A stretch of DNA of 64,000 nt from the human T2T-CHM13v2.0 reference genome, Homo sapiens, in NCBI RefSeq assembly GCF_009914755.1, contig NC_060948.1; one strand, written 5' to 3'. The translations under genes were made by a program, and so were the position numbers. The notes under the pieces are model-generated. The model saw only the letters and a program-made list of their open reading frames with translations, had not been told where the DNA came from and ran no database searches. Positions 53,550 through 64,000 of the stretch are shown here, piece by piece; within the stretch, counting starts at the first letter, position 1; each line of letters opens with the position of its first letter.

Positions 53550-56500
53550 GGGAATCAAAAGGAATGTAATGGAATTGACTGGACTGGAATGCAATGGACT
53601 CGAATAGATTGGAAACGGAATGCAAAGAAATGGAATGGAATAGTATGGAATGGAATGGAAAGGAATGGAGTGGAATAGACTACAGTGGAATGGAATGGAC
53701 TGGAAAGCAATGGACTGGAATGGAACTTTCTTGAATGGACTGGAATCAAACGGAATGGAATGCAATGCAATCAAATGGCATGGAATAAAATAGAATGAAA
53801 GAGAATCAAATGGAATTGAATCGAATGGAATCGAATGGATTGGAAAGGAATAGAATGGAATGGAATGGAATTGACTCAAATGGAATGGACTAGAATGGAA
53901 TGGATTCGAATGGAAGGCAAAGGAATGGAATCTATTGGAATGGACTGTAATGGAATGGAATGGAAGGGATTGGAATGGACTCGAATGGAATGGACTGCAA
54001 TAGAAAGGATTCGAATGGAATGAAAAAGAATTGAATGGAATAGAACAGAATGGAATCAAATCGAATGAAATGGAATGGAATAGAAAGGAATGGAATGAAA
54101 TGGAATGGAAAGGATTCGAATGGAATGCAATCGAATGGAATGGAATCGAACGGAATGGAATAAAATGGAAGAAAACTGGCAAGAAATGGAATCGAAATGA
54201 ATGGAGTGTTATGGAACGGACTCAAAAGGAATTGAATGTAATAGAATGGAGTGGAGTGGACTCGAATATAATGGACTGGAATGGAATGAAATCACATGGA
54301 ATGGGAACGAATGGAATGGAATGGAAAGGAATGGAATCGAATGGAAAGGAATCGAATGGAAGGGAATGAAATTGAATCAACAGGAATGGAAGGGAATAGA
54401 ATAGACGGTAATGGAATGGACTCGAATAGAATGGACACGAATGCTCAAATTGAATGGACTCGAATGGAATGGAAACGAAAGGAATGTCATCGAATGGAAT
54501 TGAATCGATTGGAATGAAATCGCATAGAATGGAGTGGAATCAAATGGAATTGAATCGAAAGGAAAGGAAGCGAATGGACTGAAATGAAATGGAATGGAAT
54601 TGAATGGAAAGTAATGCAATGGAATAGAATGGAACGAAATTTCACGGAATGGAATCAAACTGAATGGAATCAAATCAATGGAATCAAATCAAATGGAATG
54701 GAAAGGAATTGAATGGAGTAGATTGGATTGGATGGGATTGGAATGAAATGTACTGGAAAGGACTCGAATTTCATGAAACGGAATGGAATGAATTGGAACG
54801 GAATGGACTCGAATGGAATGGAATGTCATGGAATGGCATCAAATGGAATGGCATCAAATGGAATGGAATCGAATGCAATGGAATGCTATGGAATGGAATG
54901 GAATGCATTGGAATGGAATGTCCTCTAATGGAATGGATTCGAGTGGAATGGAATCGAATATAATGGAGTCGAATGAAATGGAATTGAAAGGAATGGGATC
55001 GAATACAATGGAATATACTGGAATGTAATGTAATGAACTCGAATGTAATTGACTGGAATGGAATGTACATGAATGGAATGTAATCGAATGGAAAGTAATC
55101 CAATGGAATAGAATCTAATGCAATAAAATCGACTCAGATAGAGTAGAATGTAATGGAATGGAGTGCAGTGCAATGGAATGGAATGGAATGGAATGCAATT
55201 GAATGGAATGGAATGGAATGGAATGGAATGGAATGGAATGGGATGGAATGGTATGGAATGGATAGTAATGGACTGGAGTGAAATGGACTGGAAAGGAATG
55301 GACTCAAATTGAAAGGGCTCGAAAGGAATGGAGTCAAATGGAATGGTCTGGAATGGAATGAACACGAATGTAATGCAATCCAATAGAATGGAATCGAATG
55401 GCATGGAATATAAAGAAATGGAATCGGAGAGAATGGAAACAAATGGAATGGAATTGAATGGAATGGAATTGAATGGAATGGGAACGAATGGAGTGAAATT
55501 GTATGCAGTAGAAGGGAATAGAATGGAATGCAAGCGAAAGGAAAGGAATGGATTGGAATGGAATGGAATTCATTGGAATGGAAGGGAATGTAGTGTAATG
55601 GACAGGCCTGGAATAAAGTGGAATGCTACGGTCTCGAATGGAATAAAAATGTATGGAATGGAATGCAATGAAATGGAATCGAATGTCATAGAATGAAATG
55701 GAATGCAACAAAATGGAATCCAAAATCATTGACTGGAAAGGCTGGGTGTCGAAAGGAATTGACTCCAATGGAATGGAATCGAATGGAATGGAAGTGAATA
55801 GAATCGAACTAAATCGAATGGAATGGAATTGATAGGAACGGAATGGAAAGGAATGCAATGATTTGGCATGGAATGGAATCGAATGGCATCGAATGGAATG
55901 GAATGGAATGCAATGGAATGGAATGTATTAGAATGTAATGAACTTTAATGGAATGTACTCGAATGGATTCGACTGGAATGGAATGTTCTGGAAGTGAATG
56001 GACTCCAATGGAATGGATTCCAAAGGAATGGAATCGTACGGAATGGAATCTAATGGAATGGAATTAAATGGAAATGAATCAAATTGAATAGCACGGAATT
56101 GAATTGAATGGAATGGAATGCAATGGAATCTAATGAAACGGAAAGGAAAGGAATGGAATGGAATGGAATGGGCTGGAATGGAAAGGAATCGAAACGAATG
56201 GAATGGAATCGAACTGAAGAGACTGGAATGGAATGCACTGGAATGGAAGGGAGTGTAATGGAAGGTTCTCGAAAAAAATGGAATCGAATGGAATGGAATT
56301 GAATGGAACGGAATAGAGTCGAATGGAATTGAATGGAATGGAATGGACTAGAGTGAAATGGAATCGAACCACAAGGAATGGACAGGAATAGAATGGTCTC
56401 GAATTGAATGGAATCGTATGGAATGGCATCAAACGGAATGGAATGGACAGCCACGGAATGGAATGCACTCGAATGCAATGGAGTCGAAACTAATGGACTG

Positions 56501-57118
56501 GAATAGAATGGACTCGACTGGTATGGACTCCAATGGAATGGAATCGAATGGAAGGGAATCGAACGGAATGGACTCGAAGGGAAAAGACTGCAATGGAAAG
56601 GTCTCGAATGGAATGGAAATTAATGGAATGGAATGGAATCGAATGAAATGGAGTCAAAAGGGATGGAATCGAATGGCAAGAAATCGAATGTAATGGAATC
56701 GCAAGGAATTGATGTGAACGGAACGGAATGGAATGGAATCCAAAGGAATGGAATAGAATGGAATGGAATCGAATGGAAAGGACTCGAATGGAAATCACTC
56801 GAATAGAATGCAATTTAATAAAATAGGATCAAATGTAATGGAATGGAATGGAAAGGAATCGAAACGAAAGGAATGGAGACAGATGGAATGGAATGGAACA
56901 GAGAGCAATGGTATAGAATGGAATGGAATCATCTGGAATGGAATTGAATGGAATGGAATAATATGAAATGGAATGGAATGGAATGGAATGGAATGGAATG
57001 CCCTTGAATTAAATGGACTGGAATGGAATGGACTCGAACAGAGTGGAATGGAAAGTGTTGAGATAGAATGGAATGGACTCCTTTGGAATGGTGTAGTATG
57101 CAATGCAATCGACTGGCA
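53550..57118 (+). repeat. DYZ1 unit 16 (3569 bp)
   Basis: Anchors 53555 and 57124. Confidence 0.95.
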
Positions 57119-60100
57119 GGGAATCAAAAGGAATGTAATGGAATGGACTGGACTGGAATGCAATGGACTCGAATAGATTGGAAACGGAATGCAAAGAAAT
57201 GGAATGGAATAGTATGGAATGGAATGGAAAGGAATGGAGTGGAATAGACTAGAGTGGAATGGAATGGACTGGAAAGCAATGGACTGGAATGGAACTTTCT
57301 TGAATGGACTGGAATCAAACGGAATGGAATGCAATGCAATCCAATGGCATGGAATAAAATAGAATGAAAGAGAATCAAATGGAATTGAATCGAATGGAAT
57401 CGAATGGATTGGAAAGGAATAGAATGGAATGGAATGGAATGGACTCAAATGGAATGGACTAGAATGGAATGGATTCGAATGGAAGGCAAAGGAATGGAAT
57501 CTATTGGAATGGACTGTAATGGAATGGAATGGAAGGGATTGGAATGGACTCGAATGGAATGGACTGCAATAGAAAGGATTCGAATGGAATGAAAAAGAAT
57601 TGAATGGAATAGAACAGAATGGAATCAAATCGAATGAAATGGAATGGAATAGAAAGGAATGGAATGAAATGGAATGGAAAGGATTCGAATGGAATGCAAT
57701 CGAATGGAATGGAATCGAACGGAATGGAATAAAATGGAAGAAAACTGGCAAGAAATGGAATCGAAATGAATGGAGTGTTATGGAACGGACTCAAAAGGAA
57801 TTGAATGTAATAGAATGGAGTGGAGTGGACTCGAATATAATGGACTGGAATGGAATGAAATCACATGGAATGGGAACGAATGGAATGGAATGGAAAGGAA
57901 TGGAATCGAATGGAAAGGAATCGAATGGAAGGGAATGAAATTGAATCAACAGGAATGGAAGGGAATAGAATAGACGGTAATGGAATGGACTCGAATAGAA
58001 TGGACACGAATGCTCAAATTGAATGGACTCGAATGGAATGGAAACGAAAGGAATGTCATCGAATGGAATTGAATCGATTGGAATGAAATCGCATAGAATG
58101 GAGTGGAATCAAATGGAATTGAATCGAAAGGAAAGGAAGCGAATGGACTGAAATGAAATGGAATGGAATTGAATGGAAAGTAATGCAATGGAATAGAATG
58201 GAACGAAATTTCACGGAATGGAATCAAACTGAATGGAATCAAATCAATGGAATCAAATCAAATGGAATGGAAAGGAATTGAATGGAGTAGATTGGATTGG
58301 ATGGGATTGGAATGAAATGTACTGGAAAGGACTCGAATTTCATGAAACGGAATGGAATGAATTGGAACGGAATGGACTCGAATGGAATGGAATGTCATGG
58401 AATGGCATCAAATGGAATGGCATCAAATGGAATAGAATCGAATGCAATGGAATGCTATGGAATGGAATGGAATGCATTGGAATGGAATGTCCTCTAATGG
58501 AATGGATTCGAGTGGAATGGAATCGAATATAATGGAGTCGAATGAAATGGAATTGAAAGGAATGGGATCGAATACAATGGAATATACTGGAATGTAATGT
58601 AATGAACTCGAATGTAATTGACTGGAATGGAATGTACATGAATGGAATGTAATCGAATGGAAAGTAATCCAATGGAATAGAATCTAATGCAATAAAATCG
58701 ACTCAGATAGAGTAGAATGTAATGGAATGGAGTGCAGTGCAATGGAATGGAATGGAATGGAATGCAATTGAACGGAATGGAATGGAATGGAATGGAATGG
58801 AATGGGATGGAATGGTATGGAATGGATAGTAATGGACTGGAGTGAAATGGACTGGAAAGGAATGGACTCAAATTGAAAGGGCTCGAAAGGAATGGAGTCA
58901 AATGGAATGGTCTGGAATGGAATGAACACGAATGTAATGCAATCCAATAGAATGGAATCGAATGGCATGGAATATAAAGAAATGGAATCGGAGAGAATGG
59001 AAACAAATGGAATGGAATTGAATGGAATGGAATTGAATGGAATGGGAACGAATGGAGTGAAATTGTATGCAGTAGAAGGGAATAGAATGGAATGCAAGCG
59101 AAAGGAAAGGAATGGATTGGAATGGAATGGAATTCATTGGAATGGAAGGGAATATAGTGTAATGGACAGGCCTGGAATAAAGTGGAATGCTACGGTCTCG
59201 AATGGAATAAAAATGTATGGAATGGAATGCAATGAAACGGAATCGAATGTCATAGGATGTAATGGAATGCAAAAAAATGGAATCCTAAATCATTGACTGG
59301 AAAGGCTGGGTGTCGAAAGGAATTGACTCCAATGGAATGGAATCGAATGGAATGGAAGTGAATAGAATCGAACTAAATCGAATGGAATGGAATTGATAGG
59401 AACGGAATGGAAAGGAATGCAATGATTTGGCATGGAATGGAATCGAATGGCATCGAATGGAATGGAATGGAATGCAATGGAATGGAATGTATTAGAATGT
59501 AATGAACTTTAATGGAATGTACTCGAATGGATTCGACTGGAATGGAATGTTCTGGAAGTGAATGGACTCCAATGGAATGGATTCAAAAGGAATGGAATCG
59601 TACGGAAAGGAATCTAATGGAATGGAATTAAATGGAAATGAATCAAATTGAATAGCACGGAATTGAATTGAATGGAATGGAATGCAATGGAATCTAATGA
59701 AACGGAAAGGAAAGGAATGGAATGGAATGGAATGGGCTGGAATGGAAAGGAATCGAAACGAATGGAATGGAATCGAACTGAAGAGACTGGAACGGAATGC
59801 ACTGGAATGGAAGGGAGTGTAATGGAAGGTTCTCGAAAAAAATGGAATCGAATGGAATGGAATTGAATGGAACGGAATAGAGTCGAATGGAATTGAATGG
59901 AATGGAATGGACTAGAGTGAAATGGAATCGAACCACAAGGAATGGACAGGAATAGAATGGTCTCGAATTGAATGGAATCGTATGGAATGGCATCAAACGG
60001 AATGGAATGGACAGCCACGGAATGGAATGCACTCGAATGCAATGGAGTCGAAACTAATGGACTGGAATAGAATGGACTCGACTGGTACGGACTCCAATGG

Positions 60101-60677
60101 AATGGAATCGAATGGAAGGGAATCGAACGGAATGGACTCGAAGGGAAAAGACTGCAATGGAAAGGTCTCGAATGGAATGCAAATTAATGGAATGGAATGG
60201 AATCGAATGAAATGGAGTCAAAAGGAATGGAATCGAATGGCAAGAAATCGAATGTAATGGAATCGCAAGGAATTGATGTGAACGGAACGGAATGGAATGG
60301 AATCCAAAGGAATGGAATAGAATGGAATGGAATCGAATGGAAAGGACTCGAATGGAAATCACTCGAATAGAATGCAATTTAATAAAATAGGATCAAATGT
60401 AATGGAATGGAATGGAAAGGAATCGAAACGAAAGGAATGGAGACAGATGGAATGGAATGGAACGGAGAGCAATGCTATAGAATGGAATGGAATCATCTGG
60501 AATGGAATTGAATGGAATGGAATAATATGAAATGGAATGGAATGGAATGGAATGGAATGCCCTTGAATTAAATGGACTGGAATGGAATGGACTCGAACAG
60601 AGTGGAATGGAAAGTGTTGAGATAGAATGGAATGGACTCCTTTGGAATGGTGTAGTATGCAATGCAATCGACTGGCA
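57119..60677 (+). repeat. DYZ1 unit 17 (3559 bp)
   Basis: Anchors 57124 and 60683. Confidence 0.95.
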
Positions 60678-63600
60678 GGGAATCAAAAGGAATGTAATCG
60701 AATGGATTGGACTGGAATGCAATGGACTCGAATTGATTGGAAACGGAATGCAAAGGAATGGAATGGAATAGTATGGAATGGAATGGAAAGGAATGGAGTG
60801 GAATAGACTAGAGTGGAATGGAATGGACTGGAAAGCAATGGACTGGAATGGAACTTTCTTGAATGGACTGGAATCAAACGGAATGGAATGCAATGCAATC
60901 AAATGGCATGGAATAAAATAGAATGAAAGAGAATCAAATGGAATTGAATCGAATGGAATCGAATGGATTGGAAAGGAATAGAATGGAATGGAATGGAATT
61001 GACTCAAATGGAATGGACTAGAATGGAATGGATTCGAATGGAAGGCAAAGGAATGGAATCTATTGGAATGGACTGTAATGGAATGGAATGGAAGGGATTG
61101 GAATGGACTCGAATGGAATGGACTGCAATAGAAAGGATTCGAATGGAATGAAAAAGAATTGAATGGAATAGAACAGAATGGAATCAAATCGAATGAAATG
61201 GAATGGAATAGAAAGGAATGGAATGAAATGGAATGGAAAGGATTCGAATGGAATGCAATCGAATGGAATGGAATCGAACGGAATGGAATAAAATGGAAGA
61301 AAACTGGCAAGAAATGGAATCGAAATGAATGGAGTGTTATGGAACGGAGTCAAAAGGAATTGAATGTAATAGAATGGAGTGGAGTGGCCTCGAATATAAT
61401 GGACTGGAATGGAATGAAATCACATGGAATGGGAACGAATGGAATGGAATGGAAAGGAATGGAATCGAATGGAAAGGAATCGAATGGAAGGGAATGAAAT
61501 TGAATCAACAGGAATGGAAGGGAATAGAATAGACGGTAATGGAATGGACTCGAATAGAATTGACACGAATGCTCAAATTGAATGGACTCGAATGGAATGG
61601 AAACGAAAGGAATGTCATCGAATGGAATTGAATCGATTGGAATGAAATCGCATAGAATGGAGTGGAATCAAATGGAATTGAATCGAAAGGAAAGGAAGCG
61701 AATGGACTGAAATGAAATGGAATGGAATTGAATGGAAAGTAATGCAATGGAATAGAATGGAACGAAATTTCACGGAATGGAATCAAACTGAATGGAATCA
61801 AATGAATGGAATCTAATCAAATGGAATGGAAAGGAATTGAATGGAGTAGATTGGATTGGATGGGATTGGAATGAAATGTACTGGAAAGGACTCGAATTTC
61901 ATGAAACGGAATGGAATGAATTGGAACGGAATGGACTCGAATGGAATGGAATGTCATGGAATGGCATCAAATGGAATGGCATCAAATGGAATGGAATCGA
62001 ATGCAATGGAATATTATGGAATGGAATGGAATGCATTGGAATGGAATGTCCTCTAATGGAATGGATTCGAGTGGAATGGAATCGAATATAATGGAGTCGA
62101 ATGAAATGGAATTGAAAGGAATGGGATCGAATAGAATGGAATATACTGGAATGTAATGTAATGAACTCGAATGTAATTGACTGGAATAGAATGTACATGA
62201 ATGGAAGGTAATCGAATGGAAAGTAATCCAATGGAATAGAATCTAATGCAATAAAACCGACTCAGATAGAGTAGAATGTAATGGAATGGAGTGCAGTGCA
62301 ATGGAATGGAATGGAATTGAATGCAATGGAATGGAATGGAATGGAATGGAATGGAATGGAATGGGATGGAATGGTATGGAATGGATAGAAATGGACTGGA
62401 GTGAAATGGACTGGAAAGGAATGGACTCAAATTGAAAGGGCTCGAAAGGAATGGAGTCAAATGGAATGGTCTGGAATGGAATGAACACGAATGTAATGCA
62501 ATCCAATAGAATGGAATCGAATGGCATGGAATATAAAGAAATGGATACGAAGAGAATGGAAACAAATGGAATGGAATTGCATGGAATGGAATTGAATGGA
62601 ATGGGAACGAATGGAGTGAAATTGTATGCAGTAGAAGGGAATAGAATGGAATGCAAGCGAAAGGAAAGGAATGGATTGGAATGGAATGGAATTCATTGGA
62701 ATGGAAGGGAATGTAGTGTAATGGACAGGCCTGGAATAAAGTGGAATGCTACGGTCTCGAATGGAATAAAAATGTATGGAATGGAATGCAATGAAACGGA
62801 ATCGAATGTCATAGAATGTAATGGAATGCAACAAAATGGAATCCAAAATCATTGACTGGAAAGGCTGGGTGTCGAAAGGAATTGACTCCAATGGAATGGA
62901 ATCGAATGGAATGGAAGTGAATAGAATCGAACTAAATCGAATGGAATGGAATTGATAGGAACGGAATGGAAAGGAATGCAATGATTTGGCATGGAATGGA
63001 ATCGAATGGCATCGAATGGAATGGAATGGAATGCAATGGAATGGAATGTATTAGAATGTAATGAACTTTAATGGAATGTACTCGAATGGATTCGACTGGA
63101 ATGGAATGTTCTGGAAGTGAATGGACTCCAATGGAATGGATTCAAAAGGAATGGAATCGTACGGAATGGAATCTAATGGAATGGAATTAAATGGAAATGA
63201 ATCAAATTGAATAGCACGGAATTGAATTGAATGGAATGGAATGCAATGGAATCTAATGAAACGGAAAGGAAAGGAATGGAATGGAATGGAATGGGCTGGA
63301 ATGGAAAGGAATCGAAACGAATGGAATGGAATCGAACTGAAGAGACTGGAATGGAATGCACTGGAATGGAAGGGAGTGTAATGGAAGGTTCTCGAAAAAA
63401 ATGGAATCGAATGGAATGGAATTGAATGGAACGGAATAGAGTCGAATGGAATTGAATGGAATGGAATGGACTAGAGTGAAATGGAATCGAACCACAAGGA
63501 ATGGAGAGGAATAGAATGGTCTCGAATTGAATGGAATCATATGGAATGGCATCAAACGGAATGGAATGGACAGCCACGGAATGGAATGCACTCGAATGCA

Positions 63601-64000
63601 ATGGAGTCGAAACTAATGGACTGGAATAGAATGGACTGGACTGGTACGGACTCCGATGGAATGGAATCGAATGGAAGGGAATCGAACGGAATGGACTCGA
63701 AGGGAAAAGACTGCAATGGAAAGGTCTCGAATGGAATGGAAATTAATGGAATGGAATGGAATCGAATGAAATGGAGTCAAAAGGAATGGAATCGAATGGC
63801 AAGAAATAGAATGTAATGGAATCGCAAGGAATTGATGTGAACGGAACGGAATGGAATGGAATCCAAAGGAATGGAATAGAATGGAATGGAATCGAATGGA
63901 AAGGACTCGAATGGAAATCACTCGAATAGAATGCAATTTAATATAATAGGATCAAATATAATGGAATGGAATGGAAAGGAATCGAAACGAAAGGAATGGA
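60678..64000 (+). repeat. DYZ1 unit 18 (partial, runs off the window)
   Basis: Anchor 60683; all landmarks present in order up to the window end; extra HaeIII site at 61386. Confidence 0.95.

Larger units (their letters stand above)
1..64000 (+). repeat. DYZ1: Human Satellite 3 DYZ1 array (Yq12 heterochromatin), GGAAT strand on +, ~18 tandem ~3.56 kb units
   Basis: Continuous degenerate GGAAT pentamers. Unique landmarks such as GGACAGGCCTGGAATAAAGTGG, GGCTGGGTGTCG and CAGCCACGG recur every 3544-3584 bp, and the ORF track repeats with the same period. There is one conserved HaeIII/StuI site and one EcoRI site per unit. The minus strand from the HaeIII site reads CCTGTCCATTACACTACATTCCCTTCC, which I recall as the start of the 3564 bp DYZ1 HaeIII monomer. 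Confidence 0.97.

Noticed and set aside
1-64000. CRISPR-like or other repeat-spacer array, or a prokaryotic defence system
   Set aside because: There are no unique spacers and no genes. The variation is point substitution within a continuous eukaryotic satellite.
1-64000. DYZ2/Alu or L1 insertions, inversions, or an array boundary
   Set aside because: No AT-rich or Alu-like segment and no switch to the ATTCC strand. Every unit landmark appears in order with the expected spacing.
1-64000. Satellite 3 / Yq12 non-coding transcripts as an ncRNA feature
   Set aside because: Such transcripts are reported for the family, but no start, end or splice structure can be assigned to these copies from sequence alone.
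1-64000. Assignment to HSat2 or to autosomal HSat3 (e.g. chr9)
   Set aside because: The ~3.56 kb period, single HaeIII/EcoRI sites and DYZ1 primer-site matches point to the Y family. The regular CATTCGATTC-type pattern of HSat2 is not the dominant motif.

Overview
All 64 kb is one uninterrupted, single-orientation block of human Satellite 3. It is a degenerate (GGAAT)n / (ATTCC)n pentamer organised into ~3.56 kb units that match DYZ1, the Yq12 heterochromatin repeat. There are 17 complete units (3544-3584 bp) and one partial unit, nearly identical to each other, with one conserved StuI/HaeIII site and one EcoRI site per unit. I see no genes, RNA genes, mobile elements, DYZ2/Alu segments or inversions. 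Every ORF in the track is a translation artefact of the pentamer (MEWNG / FHSIP repeats). I cannot support a new protein-coding or defence-type system. The real structure is in the variants. (1) Each unit has three perfect nGAAnnTTCnnGAAn heat-shock elements. (2) A hidden, colinear ~32-39 kb super-duplication has offsets of 10, 9 and 11 units, implying whole-unit loss and gain. (3) Units are mosaics of shared variant haplotypes. (4) One hypervariable GGAAT tract explains most unit-length variation. (5) One unit carries a locally divergent tract. All comparisons were made by eye from the sequence and the ORF track, not computed.
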